The notes beneath the pieces were generated by a model, which searched no databases, was not told where the DNA came from, and was given only the letters and a program-made list of their open reading frames with translations. A DNA stretch of 62,084 nt, from positions 1 to 62,084 of the IMG/VR virus record IMGVR_UViG_3300032267_000768. One strand, written 5' to 3'. The translations under genes were made by a program, and so were the position numbers. This DNA comes from a virus. Its lineage: Duplodnaviria > Caudoviricetes. The stretch's first letter is position 1; each line of letters begins with the position of its first letter. Shown piece after piece: positions 38,993-49,742 of this stretch.

Positions 38993-41900
38993 TTAGTACC
39001 CTGTTCCACTACTGCCAGTATTAGATCCAGAACCTAATTTAGATATTGTTACAGATGATACTGCAGAAGTTGCACGTGTGTTAGTGGTTAGTCCAGTAGT
39101 ATTTGTTACTACATTTCCGCTGGCTAATAACTGATTAGCACCGATAGCATCAATAATTGATATATCATCAACTGTTGCTCCATTAACAAAAATTTCATCT
39201 GCTGCCCCGCTGATTTGGAACAGTGAACCAAACCCCTGTCCTTCTTGATTTGGTACTATAACCACTGTTAGTAGATCGGGAGCAAGTTGAGTATGAATAT
39301 AAGCTGCAAGCTCTGTAAAATAAAAAGTGTCTCCGAAATCAAAATTATCCAAAGCAAAAAATTCGTTAATTGCTTGAATTGCTCGAGTTTTAATTACTGC
39401 ATTAGTAACATTGGTTGCTGAATTCTTAACCACTTTAAATGTAGCTTGAAATTGTTCTTCTGCGTTAGTTCCAAATAATATTTTGTATTTCACTGGATGG
39501 TATACAATTTGATCTGATAATGCTTTAATAGGATTTAGTGTGTTAGCATAGCTAATTCTCAACTGGTCTGATGTAGATGGAGTGGGTTCTTCTCCTCCTT
39601 GACTTAACCAAGTTCTAAATAATTGATCATAGGTACGTTCTAAAATATAAAGATCTATTATGTTGGTTTGTGCAGGGTCTATTCTTGTGTTTTGACTAGC
39701 AGTGTGTTTGTATAAAAATTCTATATTACTTCTACCTTTTCTTGCAATATAATCTGTAGTAGTTTCTAAAGTTATAGATTCAGCATTAAATTTTTTAATA
39801 ACATCTTCGTCTACATCATAAAAATAAAATAATTGTCCATCCTCATACGTTTCAGATAATACAATAGAAGATTCGTATTGTGTTACAATAAAATTAGTAG
39901 CATCGTAGGGTCTATATCTTTCGATATCATTGTACCCTAAATATTTTTCAAAAAATACAAATTTTGTGCTGACATTAGTATTAGGTTCTACAATAATATC
40001 AAAGATATCAGGATTATCCACTACTCCGTCGTCATCATTATCATAAAATCCTACTTTAACTTTTCTATTATCTTGATATCCATCTGCTTCTTCTACAGTG
40101 TCCACAATCTGCCAATTAATTGGATAACCTATTCCCAATCCTGTGCTGGGCACAGTATTACTTTTTAGTACTTTTACAATGTCTTTAACTGAAGTTCCTG
40201 TGATATAATCATAAACTCTATCAGTTTTATCAAAATAAAATTTATTATCTTTTTTACTTTCAAAAATATAATTTAATGCTCTATAATTTACTGTGTATAC
40301 ACTTCCGTCTGTTGTAAATTTAAACCACCAGCTAGCATCTAAGTTATTTTGTGATATGTCACCGGTGTAATCTAAAGAAAAATCACTATGATTACTTAGA
40401 TTAACTGCTGTAATAACTTTCCATGCTGATTCTTCCTCATCATATCTTAGACCAAATTCTTCATATGATTCTATTCTATCTATAATATCTGTTTTCAATT
40501 CAGTGTCAAATATATTTGTAAATGTAGGATACACAGCACTAGCTACTGCATTCTCTGGTATAACATCGTTTAGTGTAACCGGTCCTTGTCCGTTCTCTAA
40601 ATTGCCTTCTCCCTGATTGGCACCATCTAATACCACTGCTGATATTTTTGCCCAAGCTCTATCTGCTGCTAGATCTGTGCCTAATGTTACTAATTTTCCG
40701 TTTAAAAATTCTCTAGTGTCTGGCGATGTAAATTTAATTAATGCTCCAACTTTGGCATATTTTAAATTGCTGGTTGAATAATCTCCCAGTGTTAGTGGTC
40801 CGGCAGCATTAAAATATCCAGTGTTGGTATTGGTTCCTACAGTAGTACTGCTCCAACTAGCTGATAAAGCACTTAAATCTTTAGTTCCATATTTTAAATA
40901 GAAAAACTGTCTTGCGTATGCTTCTTTTAATTTTACTTCTACTAATCTATTGATAATATCTAGTATTTCATTTCTAGTTGTAAATGTAAAAGTAAATTGT
41001 GGTATAGTTTCTTCTCTGTATAATATTCCGTCATCTGCAAAAACAGAAACATTACTATAAGCACCTGTTGGATCAATAATTTCTCTTGATCTACTAACTC
41101 CACTTGCTGTTCTATTAGTCGATTTAATTTTAATAATTTCTTGTGATGATGCTAATGGTACTACATTGTAATCTTCAGCAGTGATCATTCTGTTTTGAGC
41201 ATAATATACCTGAGACGCTTTGGTCTTAATACTTTCGTTTGATTCTGCTGCTGCTGAATTATAAACTGACTGTTGTAGAGCACAAGTTACAGTGAGTGAT
41301 TGTTCTCCTCCGCTCTTGTCTTTGTAAGGTACTACAAAAGTTATACCTTGCATATCTGCTGATTGTATAGAATATTTGGCATTGTCACTGGTTCTGTAAT
41401 ATAATCTAAAACTTCCTAAAGGAATATTAGAAAAGTTTCCATCTCCAAAAACTAAATCTACAGCATCATTATTTTTAGTTACAACATTGTAAATGTCTCT
41501 CACATCGGCTGCCAAACTGTTATAGATCACGTTACTGCCAGAAAGCTCTGGTACCTTGGTCCATAATTTTTCTAACTGATTAAAATCATCTAATTTATAT
41601 AACCAAACGTCGGTATTGTTAATGTTATTAATAGTGATCGGTTGAACATAATTTGTAGTTGGTTGAGTTATTGAAAATTCTGTGCTGCCTAAAGAACCTT
41701 GTTTAAACAAAATAAAAAATCCTGTATTTGGACTGGTGTCACCTGCTCCGTCTGTTCTATATAGATATGTGAATCCCGTTCCAGGAATTGGATCTTGTTC
41801 ATATATCGATTCTGAATTAGAAATAGTAGCTGGTACTATTTCAAACTGTCTAGATATTCCGCTAACTGATCTATTAAAAACAAATATCGGCACATCGGTG

Positions 41901-42478
41901 TTGGTTGAATCTAATGTATAAACCTCTGTCGGTATGCCTCCAATATCATCACTTTCTTTTGGTTTTCCAAATTTCTGTCCGTCAACGTTGGCCGCATTTA
42001 ATAAATTAATAAATTGTTCTCTATAATTTGTATTCGATGGATCATTCCAAACAATTGTAGAATTTATTAAACTATTGCCGCTGCTGTCTCTAATGTCTTG
42101 TGTGGTAGATATCGAAGTTATTTTTAAAAGACCAGTAGCTGTTAAATTTCTTTTGGCATTGTAATTAATTAATCTTGCTAATCTTAAAATGCTATTTCTT
42201 CTAGAAGCAGTTTCTAAGAAATTTTCTCGAGCATTTAAGTCTACTCTAAAACTTAAACTTTGAGAAATATAAGCAATAAGATCTATCAGTGCGATATACT
42301 CTGAACTCTCAACAAAATCATTAAAATCATCTGGATAATTTTCTCTAAGGTAAGCCACCATGGTTCTTCTTAGAGTTTCGAAATCGTAAGATTTGAAATC
42401 TGCTTGTTGGAAAGCAGTATAAATTTTGCGCCAATCTTCGGCTACAAGCAATCGATTTTGTCTGTCAATGGTGGCCAT
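38993..42478 (-). CDS. gp6: Baseplate wedge subunit, T4 gp6-like
   Basis: YDFETLR, NDFVESS, ENFLETA, FGDG, ESNESIK, QNRMITAEDY. Confidence 0.88.
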   Translation of the reverse strand: MATIDRQNRLLVAEDWRKIYTAFQQADFKSYDFETLRRTMVAYLRENYPDDFNDFVESSEYIALIDLIAYISQSLSFRVDLNARENFLETASRRNSILRLARLINYNAKRNLTATGLLKITSISTTQDIRDSSGNSLINSTIVWNDPSNTNYREQFINLLNAANVDGQKFGKPKESDDIGGIPTEVYTLDSTNTDVPIFVFNRSVSGISRQFEIVPATISNSESIYEQDPIPGTGFTYLYRTDGAGDTSPNTGFFILFKQGSLGSTEFSITQPTTNYVQPITINNINNTDVWLYKLDDFNQLEKLWTKVPELSGSNVIYNSLAADVRDIYNVVTKNNDAVDLVFGDGNFSNIPLGSFRLYYRTSDNAKYSIQSADMQGITFVVPYKDKSGGEQSLTVTCALQQSVYNSAAAESNESIKTKASQVYYAQNRMITAEDYNVVPLASSQEIIKIKSTNRTASGVSRSREIIDPTGAYSNVSVFADDGILYREETIPQFTFTFTTRNEILDIINRLVEVKLKEAYARQFFYLKYGTKDLSALSASWSSTTVGTNTNTGYFNAAGPLTLGDYSTSNLKYAKVGALIKFTSPDTREFLNGKLVTLGTDLAADRAWAKISAVVLDGANQGEGNLENGQGPVTLNDVIPENAVASAVYPTFTNIFDTELKTDIIDRIESYEEFGLRYDEEESAWKVITAVNLSNHSDFSLDYTGDISQNNLDASWWFKFTTDGSVYTVNYRALNYIFESKKDNKFYFDKTDRVYDYITGTSVKDIVKVLKSNTVPSTGLGIGYPINWQIVDTVEEADGYQDNRKVKVGFYDNDDDGVVDNPDIFDIIVEPNTNVSTKFVFFEKYLGYNDIERYRPYDATNFIVTQYESSIVLSETYEDGQLFYFYDVDEDVIKKFNAESITLETTTDYIARKGRSNIEFLYKHTASQNTRIDPAQTNIIDLYILERTYDQLFRTWLSQGGEEPTPSTSDQLRISYANTLNPIKALSDQIVYHPVKYKILFGTNAEEQFQATFKVVKNSATNVTNAVIKTRAIQAINEFFALDNFDFGDTFYFTELAAYIHTQLAPDLLTVVIVPNQEGQGFGSLFQISGAADEIFVNGATVDDISIIDAIGANQLLASGNVVTNTTGLTTNTRATSAVSSVTISKLGSGSNTGSSGTGY

Positions 42479-42521
42479 AGTTTAAACTATGGATATTTAT
42501 TGTTTTTATTATATGCGTAGA

Positions 42522-42932
42522 TTAAGAAAGGCGCAAAGCAGCGTTTTCGTCGAAACTAAAGGTAAGTTTTTCAGTTATATTGTATGGTATATAGGTAATA
42601 GTGGCTTGCACTGATATTCCATGCTCTGTTTCACTTACTAATATCTCTTTAGTGCTTATTCTAGGGTCAGCATTGAGATTTTGTGCAATATCATCTGCTA
42701 CTGCTTGTTTGGTTGCATCAGTTAATGGTTCAAATAGTATATCATAGATAATAGTACCAAAATCAGGATTTTCTACTCTTTCTCCTTTTCTCACACTCAA
42801 TCGATTGATAAGATCCTGTTTAATTAATTCAAAGTCATACAATTTATAATTGTTTCTATCAGCTCGCGAGCTGAACCCCTTAAAGGTCTGCTGACCATTT
42901 GCTATAAAATTATTTTTTTCTTTTTCACTCAT
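42522..42932 (-). CDS. gp25: Baseplate wedge subunit gp25-like
   Basis: LIKQDLIN..RKGERVENPDFGTIIYDILFEP..DPRI. Confidence 0.9.
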   Translation of the reverse strand: MSEKEKNNFIANGQQTFKGFSSRADRNNYKLYDFELIKQDLINRLSVRKGERVENPDFGTIIYDILFEPLTDATKQAVADDIAQNLNADPRISTKEILVSETEHGISVQATITYIPYNITEKLTFSFDENAALRLS

Positions 42933-42934
42933 TT

Positions 42935-45364
42935 TTAAAATCCAAAAATCTTACCTATACTTCTACCCACTGTGGCTATGGTTGACCCTATTTGATTGCC
43001 CACCATTCCCACCACACTTCTAACCTGTGTCACTGCTGTTATACTAGACCCCATCACAGATTTATAAACGTTATTTACAATATTTACAGATCCTAATGCA
43101 CTGTTTAATTGGTTCACCCCTGGTATTTTATTTTGTACCGCATTCAAAGCATTGTTTCCTAGTTGGCCTAGGGCATTGTTTCCTATTTGTGTGAGATTTC
43201 CTAAAGAGTTTACTCCCAGTTGGCTGAGATTTCCTATGCCGGAGCCAACCCGATTCGCAAGTATGTTGCCTGCGCCGGTGCCGCCTAATATTTTGCTTGC
43301 CTGGTTCAGAACATTGCCTGCACCTAGTTGGCCCAACACGCTGTTGGCCTGGTTCAATATATTGCCTGCCCCTGTGCCACCAAGTACATTGCCTGCTGTA
43401 GTGAATACTCCTTTTCCTGAACTTAGATCGTTTATTACTCCTTGCACTGATCCTGTCAACGCCTGTCCTAAATTGCCCGCACTGTACAAAACTCCTCCTT
43501 GATTGACAAATACTTGATCTTTTAATAAGTTGATTGATGATCCAGTAACAGATTCAATAGTTTGTTTAATAGTAGAACTTACTCCTTCTGCTATTGGAGA
43601 TATCGAAAAAGGTCCATTGTCTGTTAAATTATATCTTTTATTGTAATTTTTAGTAAAATCTTCTGCTACTGATTGTAATTTTTTTACATCTGTCACAGCA
43701 ATATCTTGTTTGCCCATATAGGTTGCTAAGTATGCTTGGAACTGTCCGATCCTGCAGGTTGGATTATCACTGTCTCTGTTTAATTGTGCGAGGAATCCCA
43801 CCGTGCCTGGCACGTTGCAGTCTGTGTCATCTTCTGTGCCCGCAAATGACACGATATCATCCCAGTGTCCAGGGAATGGCTCGTGTGTGGGCATACGTAA
43901 ACCTGACATGGAAACATTTCCATTGGAAACATTTCCATCCGTGGGAATTAATCCAGAACCTGATGTGGGATCATTTCCTTCTTGTGTCCACTCGAGTGGT
44001 GCGCTTAATCCTTTTTTTGTTAGATCTACATCGGGTTTGGTTTCTCTCAATGTTCCCGTTCCGCTGTCGTCATAGAACACTGTTCTTTCATATGAGGCTA
44101 TCATGTCTGGACTGCCCGGAATACTGTTGAAATGTATTTGTTTGCCTGTTAAATGATGCTGATCGGTTGCCATATGCAATTGCGTCATACCAGCCGAGGT
44201 TATGATTGATCCTGTTAATGCTTTGTTAGTAAATGATCCTCCGGATTGAATTTGTGTGTCAGTATCAGAATACGTTTGAATCATTCCTCCATCAAGCACT
44301 AGTTTATTCATCGCACTTAATTTAATCTGTCCTTTGGCAAACATGTTGATATTGTTATCGCTGTGTAGATCAATATCGCCCACTGCTCGCAATGCTACAG
44401 TGTGTCCTGAATAGATATCAATAGCACCGTTGGCACTAAACTCCATCCAAACATTGCCTGATGCATTGGCAAGATACACAACACCTTTGGTATCATGCAT
44501 TAATAATTGATGACCACTGCTGGTTCGTAGTCTAATTAATTCATTATTGCCTGCTGCATCTCCGTCATCCATCACGAACGTGTGCCCTGCTTCTCTCACC
44601 ACTGAGGTTTCGGGGTTTGCATCTGTGGGTCCTAATTTAAATTTTTTCTTGCTCTTTTTGTCTAATCTTCCCGGAGTACTGATTCCAAACACTGCACTGG
44701 GGCTTTCTCTCCTAGCAGAACTAGTGGTTGTTCCTCTCACAGTATCTTTTATTAATCCTTGTTTACGTAATGTGTCAGCAAAAGGATGAATGGGTTTCTT
44801 AAGTTTATCAAGACCTTCAACATTACTTGCTGCGGTCCATGTGGTTCTATTAACTTCTGAAACTGGTACTTCTTTGGTTCCGTAGACCATTTCTACGGTT
44901 CTGGTCGATTCGAATCCTTCATCTGATGACATAGCAGTATGAGGGCTGGCAGCAATACCTGGCACCATGTGATTGGTGTAAGGGTCTTGCACACAGCCAA
45001 ACCAAAATCCTTGAGATATTTTTCCTTCTACAAATATCACTAAAACTCTTGTGTCAATGTCCGGTGGTACCATCCACATTCCATAACTATGAGGACTATC
45101 ATCAAAATCATAAGGACTGGTTTTGGTTGTTGCACTAGGACTTTTTGCACCGTAAAAGGGTGTTGAGTATTTTACATCATATAACATACTGGAAGGACCT
45201 TCATCTGTGCCTGATAGACTGGGAATCATAACTCTTAGTCCGCCCATTCTAGTTTCATCAACATTATCTTTAACAATGCCGATGTATGGGCCTGGATCAA
45301 TTTCAGTATAGGTTGTGCTCCTAAACTGTTTTTCTGGTGTTGATGCGTCTCCGTATATGGTCAT
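42935..45364 (-). CDS. gp5: Baseplate central spike, gp5/VgrG-like
   Basis: OB-fold region GIVKDNVDETRMGGLRV, YGMWMVPPD, GHTFVMDD, IRLRTSSGHQ, beta-helix, PTHEP. Start revised to 45364. Confidence 0.8.
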   Translation of the reverse strand: MTIYGDASTPEKQFRSTTYTEIDPGPYIGIVKDNVDETRMGGLRVMIPSLSGTDEGPSSMLYDVKYSTPFYGAKSPSATTKTSPYDFDDSPHSYGMWMVPPDIDTRVLVIFVEGKISQGFWFGCVQDPYTNHMVPGIAASPHTAMSSDEGFESTRTVEMVYGTKEVPVSEVNRTTWTAASNVEGLDKLKKPIHPFADTLRKQGLIKDTVRGTTTSSARRESPSAVFGISTPGRLDKKSKKKFKLGPTDANPETSVVREAGHTFVMDDGDAAGNNELIRLRTSSGHQLLMHDTKGVVYLANASGNVWMEFSANGAIDIYSGHTVALRAVGDIDLHSDNNINMFAKGQIKLSAMNKLVLDGGMIQTYSDTDTQIQSGGSFTNKALTGSIITSAGMTQLHMATDQHHLTGKQIHFNSIPGSPDMIASYERTVFYDDSGTGTLRETKPDVDLTKKGLSAPLEWTQEGNDPTSGSGLIPTDGNVSNGNVSMSGLRMPTHEPFPGHWDDIVSFAGTEDDTDCNVPGTVGFLAQLNRDSDNPTCRIGQFQAYLATYMGKQDIAVTDVKKLQSVAEDFTKNYNKRYNLTDNGPFSISPIAEGVSSTIKQTIESVTGSSINLLKDQVFVNQGGVLYSAGNLGQALTGSVQGVINDLSSGKGVFTTAGNVLGGTGAGNILNQANSVLGQLGAGNVLNQASKILGGTGAGNILANRVGSGIGNLSQLGVNSLGNLTQIGNNALGQLGNNALNAVQNKIPGVNQLNSALGSVNIVNNVYKSVMGSSITAVTQVRSVVGMVGNQIGSTIATVGRSIGKIFGF
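43140..43410 (-). repeat. Imperfect coding repeats in the gp5-like C-terminus
   Basis: (V/I)LG(GT/QL)GAGN(I/V)L three times, plus LG(N/Q)L..GNN units. Confidence 0.7.
43909..43938. repeat. Perfect 15-bp tandem duplication
   Basis: TGGAAACATTTCCAT twice, in frame (GNVSN/GNVSM). Confidence 0.9.
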
Positions 45365-45371
45365 ATGTTTT

Positions 45372-47516
45372 TTAATTAGTAAATCCTTCAGTGTCAGTAA
45401 TATTTGGACTACTGTTTCCTGTAGCTTTAGCTGTAGCTTCTGCTTTCTTTTTTTCAATTATTTTTTGCATTTCACTAAGTGATGCAACTGATGTCATTTC
45501 TTTGCCTTGATTGTTAAATCTAACCAAATCTAACACTTGAGTAAATTTTCCTCCATCAAAAATACTGTCTACTGATACTACTTTATATAATCCGCTAAAC
45601 ACAATATTTTCTAAGTTTTTAAAATTCATTACACTTCTTTTTTCATCAATATCTGTAGGGAATCTAAAGTCTAGTGTAACAAACGGTTCTGCTTGATCAA
45701 AATTAAAACAACCTAAATCTTTATCCCATGCTTTGCCACTAAATGAAGAAAAATCAGATGACGTGTTTGAACTTTTATTTTCATAAGGCAAAGCAAAATC
45801 TTGTCCTATAAATGCAGGATCACCCAGTATGGTCATTTGTACATTGACCATATCTCCCATAGGTGATGTTAGATATTCATAAAATTCATCCACTTGCGTT
45901 TTACTAGCACCAGCACCACTAGATGGATCAGCTGATTTTGAATATGACGGATATCTACGTAAAGGTAGTGTTCCTTCTGGTTGATCTTTCACATAAGATC
46001 TATATGTTTGAACTAACTCTTGTAGGCTAAGGTCTTTGACTTGTTTTTTTGTAGTTGCATCGGCTCCTGTGCCATCGACTAATGCTGCTTGAAAGTATCC
46101 AAATTTATAATTTATTTTTAAATCCAATATATCATTGTTGGCACCAGTATAGATATAGTTGTATCTTTTTTTGACTGTCTTGCCCCATAATGGAGAAGCA
46201 CTTAGACCTGGTAGAGTAAAATTCATTACATGAACAGCATAAGGAATGATTGTATATGTAATTTTTTTTGGATGCATTCCTAAAATTGAATCAAATCGAG
46301 CTGTGTCTGTTTCAACGTTGGTTACTACTTTAAACCACGGTACATATGGTTCTTTGCCTGAAGATGGAGAATCTGCTTGAGCTTCCGTTTGATTATATTT
46401 GGACTCTTGTTCTTCTCCTACCTCCTGCCAATATTTTTTAACTATTTCTCCAATGTTTCTAAAACCGTCTGCTTGTTGTACACAATCGGTGATTACTTTA
46501 GCAATACTTTCGTTGGGTCTCACACTGATTTGAAATTTTGAGCCTAATGATCCTAAATTCCAGTTACCACTTCCGGTGTTCTTTACAGGTACATTTACAA
46601 TGTTTATTGCATAGGTGTCTTTTAATTCTCTCATTTTTCTTTCTATTTCTACATCTTGCATCTTGTTGAGAGTGTCGGCTAATCTATTCATTGCTTCAAC
46701 TAGTGTTTCTCCTGTTTTGGTATTAAAAGGAGTTTTCCAATTTGTGGATCCAGAACCTCGTATGTATAAAAACCTATCTGTCATTGCAAACTCTGTCCAA
46801 GGCACTGCACTCATTGTATAAATCGTTCCTCCCGCATTAATGTCCATCTCTGCATTGACGATTTTAATTGGCAATACTCTTTTTGTAACCACTGTTTTTG
46901 GATTTCCTAAATTATCATACCCACGAAATTCTAGTGTTAATAGATAGGGTGCATCTATATGATCCATAAATTTATTATTAAAGGCTGCAGCTTTTAATTT
47001 TTCAAATAATGTAACACCGTATGGTTCATGCAATACCATTTCTATTTTTGTAAAATTCATCATTTTTCTCTGCTCATTGGGTCTATGTATTCCGTTTATT
47101 TCTACTTTTTCAAAAAATATATCGTGTCCTCTTTTTAAAATTTCATTAGACGATGCTCTTGCCCTAATAATAGAATCTGTATGTTTATAATCAGTGTACA
47201 CCGTACCAGTATCTTCGGTATCTACTACTGTTTTGGCTCCTTTTACTGATCCACTTGCATTAAAAGAACTAAAATTGCCTTCTGTGCCAATACCAGAACT
47301 TTTGGCAATAATATCTCGTGGTTTATTTTTTGCTATCGATTGAGGTTTTTTTAAATCTTCTTGTGACAGTGCTGATAATGTCCAAACATAATTGTAAGAA
47401 GCATATTCATGCAACACATTTTTTTCTGCTGAGTCTTGATTATTCGAAGAAGTGTTGTTAACTGTCGCTCCTGTCATTGCAGGTCTTATGTCATATGTAA
47501 TTTCTTCGGAAGCCAT
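45372..47516 (-). CDS. Baseplate hub protein (gp27-like by position)
   Basis: NVLHEYASYNY, EPYG, ILGDP, FSGLYKV..F..GKFTQVL; lies between gp53-like and gp5-like genes. Confidence 0.65.
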   Translation of the reverse strand: MASEEITYDIRPAMTGATVNNTSSNNQDSAEKNVLHEYASYNYVWTLSALSQEDLKKPQSIAKNKPRDIIAKSSGIGTEGNFSSFNASGSVKGAKTVVDTEDTGTVYTDYKHTDSIIRARASSNEILKRGHDIFFEKVEINGIHRPNEQRKMMNFTKIEMVLHEPYGVTLFEKLKAAAFNNKFMDHIDAPYLLTLEFRGYDNLGNPKTVVTKRVLPIKIVNAEMDINAGGTIYTMSAVPWTEFAMTDRFLYIRGSGSTNWKTPFNTKTGETLVEAMNRLADTLNKMQDVEIERKMRELKDTYAINIVNVPVKNTGSGNWNLGSLGSKFQISVRPNESIAKVITDCVQQADGFRNIGEIVKKYWQEVGEEQESKYNQTEAQADSPSSGKEPYVPWFKVVTNVETDTARFDSILGMHPKKITYTIIPYAVHVMNFTLPGLSASPLWGKTVKKRYNYIYTGANNDILDLKINYKFGYFQAALVDGTGADATTKKQVKDLSLQELVQTYRSYVKDQPEGTLPLRRYPSYSKSADPSSGAGASKTQVDEFYEYLTSPMGDMVNVQMTILGDPAFIGQDFALPYENKSSNTSSDFSSFSGKAWDKDLGCFNFDQAEPFVTLDFRFPTDIDEKRSVMNFKNLENIVFSGLYKVVSVDSIFDGGKFTQVLDLVRFNNQGKEMTSVASLSEMQKIIEKKKAEATAKATGNSSPNITDTEGFTN

Positions 47517-47520
47517 GATC

Positions 47521-47820
47521 TTATATTCCTAGATCATTTTTAAGATTACTCAATTTAGGTAATTGAATAGTTCTTCCGGGAGCAAAATCATAAATTGGGT
47601 CTTCAATTACATCTGGATTTCTTTGAGCAAATACCCACCATAGTCTTGGGGTTCCATACAAGTCAAATGCTAGCAAGTCTGGCCTATATGCATATGTTCT
47701 TGTGATGGTATATGTGACATCGTCTGGTTCTGCCGTAATTGTGCGAGGCACTAAAAAATCTAAACTGATATTATTTTCGCTGGTATTAAAATATGGAGAG
47801 GTATTACTATATTTGGCCAT
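47521..47820 (-). CDS. gp53: Baseplate wedge gp53-like (LysM-like)
   Basis: YRPDLLAFDLYGTPRLWWVFAQRN. Confidence 0.85.
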   Translation of the reverse strand: MAKYSNTSPYFNTSENNISLDFLVPRTITAEPDDVTYTITRTYAYRPDLLAFDLYGTPRLWWVFAQRNPDVIEDPIYDFAPGRTIQLPKLSNLKNDLGI

Positions 47821-48701
47821 TAAATGTATCCTATTCCGTTTTTATCATTTAATCCACCACTAATAAAATCACGCATATTAAATTTTTTAACTGATTCTCT
47901 AGAATAGATTGGTTGTAATTGTACTGTAACCTGACTCATTGTTGGAGCCCAAGAAGTATTTTTATCACTTAATAATGCTTGTGGTCCAATAAATGATTGT
48001 CTAACGTTTGTGCTCTGTGTTGTACAAATATAATCAACATCTGCTCTTAAATCCACGCTAAAATTTGTAACCAGTACTGGCACTTTATTAAACACATATG
48101 CTCCATACCCAGAAAGACTTAATATAGGGGGTGGGTTTCCTTTTAATGCATTATCGTCTCCCCCAAAAAACATTTTGGTTACTGATCTAAAGAAATGCAA
48201 CATAGCAATCCAATAGCGTGCATCTTCTTGATTCTGTACAGGAAATTCTCCTACCACTGTAAAACTAGGTATTTCACTGTGTGAGTAAGCATATGAAGGA
48301 TAGTTATTGTGAGTAAGATTCATAGCATTATAAGATGCCGAATGATTAATTATGATCGAGGGTGTTATTGGAAATGTAACTCCGCCTGTATCTGCTAATG
48401 GTCCTAGTATGTTATTTCTTAAAACTCCGCCGTCGTCGTCTCTGCCTGATTCAAAGAATATCGATTGTAAATCACTGTCTGTGGGTAAAACTACTTTTAC
48501 TCTAAAATCTTGTTTTTCGCTGCGTACAGTCCACTGTGCAGATCCACGCAGCTTCGTGCTGGCTTCGGCGCCTTTGTTTAATCCATTACCGAATAGCCTA
48601 CCTAGTGTACGATTAAAAATATTACCACCCGCATTGGATAGTACGTTGCCCAACGTGTTTGAATTAGAATTTTCTTCGTCAATATTAGGTTGTAAAGTCA
48701 T
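47820..48701 (-). CDS. Baseplate / tail-tube initiator-like protein
   Basis: GVTFPITPSI, HFFRSVTKMFFG, GNPPPILSLSGYG, VPVLVTNFS; first gene of the baseplate operon. Confidence 0.65.
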   Translation of the reverse strand: MTLQPNIDEENSNSNTLGNVLSNAGGNIFNRTLGRLFGNGLNKGAEASTKLRGSAQWTVRSEKQDFRVKVVLPTDSDLQSIFFESGRDDDGGVLRNNILGPLADTGGVTFPITPSIIINHSASYNAMNLTHNNYPSYAYSHSEIPSFTVVGEFPVQNQEDARYWIAMLHFFRSVTKMFFGGDDNALKGNPPPILSLSGYGAYVFNKVPVLVTNFSVDLRADVDYICTTQSTNVRQSFIGPQALLSDKNTSWAPTMSQVTVQLQPIYSRESVKKFNMRDFISGGLNDKNGIGYI

Positions 48702-48726
48702 AAAAAATTTATTATAATAACAATTG

Positions 48727-48734
48727 TATTTATA
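48727..48734 (-). promoter_or_regulatory. Late promoter TATAAATA
   Basis: Perfect T4 late consensus upstream of the baseplate operon. Confidence 0.75.
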
Positions 48735-48803
48735 GGCATTATTTTAGGCGTACTTTATAGCTCAAAAACACCCAAAATGTTCAACAATTAAAGGATTTAA
48801 AAA

Positions 48804-49730
48804 ATGAAAAAAGTAAACTATCTAAACAATCGAGACTTATTGTCCGAAATTCACAAAAGTAAAAATACATATTGCTCATACGTTGCTCCCGAACACTGTC
48901 AATATGACATGATAGTTAATGATATTAAAAAAATTAACAATGCAAATATAGGCAAAGCAAGAAAAATACATGCAAAAAGACTCACTGCCCATGCATGGGA
49001 AATAGCCAAAAAGACAGGCAATAAAAGACTCAAAATGAGTGATTATGAGGTGTCTCCTAGGAAGATCAAAAAAACAGATCTAGTGTTTCGAGTAATGACA
49101 TTTGATCATATCACTACAGATAATGAAAGGAAAAAAAATCCTAAAACTCGAGCTGATCATCATACCAAAGTTAATTTTCCTCCTTTCCAACATTATAGGA
49201 TAGATGACAAAGGACAATTAATTTGTATAGGCAAATCACATTGGGTGGGTGGTATGAGCAACGGACATTTTTCTAATGATCACGGCAAGATAACTCCTAC
49301 TCTGGCAAATATGTTTTTAAAATTGGCAGAGAGATACAGTCAGCGTAGCAACTGGAGAGGATACACCTATGTGGACGAGATGCGTTCACAAGCATTGGTA
49401 CAATTAAGCCAAATTGGTTTACAGTTTGATGAATCTAAATCTGAAAATCCTTTTGCTTATTACACAGCAGCTATCACAAACTCATTCACAAGAATTCTAA
49501 ACATTGAAAAGAAGAATCAAAATATTCGTGATGACATATTAGAAATGAATGAGATGATGCCAAGCTATACTCGACAAGCAAAAAATGAGAGTGAGACTGT
49601 GTCAGCAAAGAGAAGAATGGCCACTCAAAATGGTGAGGTTAAAGTTTACAGCAAAGCCGCTCTAAAGGAATTAAACAAAGAATATAAAGCATCTGGAAAA
49701 TTAACAGTTGCAGAGTCTAAAAAAAAATAG
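48804..49730 (+). CDS. gp55: Late-transcription sigma factor, T4 gp55-like
   Basis: NYLNNRDLL, NWRGYTYVDEM, FDESKSENPFAYYT; adjacent to gp47/gp46. Confidence 0.88.
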   Translation: MKKVNYLNNRDLLSEIHKSKNTYCSYVAPEHCQYDMIVNDIKKINNANIGKARKIHAKRLTAHAWEIAKKTGNKRLKMSDYEVSPRKIKKTDLVFRVMTFDHITTDNERKKNPKTRADHHTKVNFPPFQHYRIDDKGQLICIGKSHWVGGMSNGHFSNDHGKITPTLANMFLKLAERYSQRSNWRGYTYVDEMRSQALVQLSQIGLQFDESKSENPFAYYTAAITNSFTRILNIEKKNQNIRDDILEMNEMMPSYTRQAKNESETVSAKRRMATQNGEVKVYSKAALKELNKEYKASGKLTVAESKKK

Positions 49731-49742
49731 TAAACTCAAATT

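Noticed and set aside
43909-43938. 15-bp tandem duplication as a mobile-element footprint
   Set aside because: In-frame slippage-type duplication in a linker, with no transposase or inverted termini nearby.
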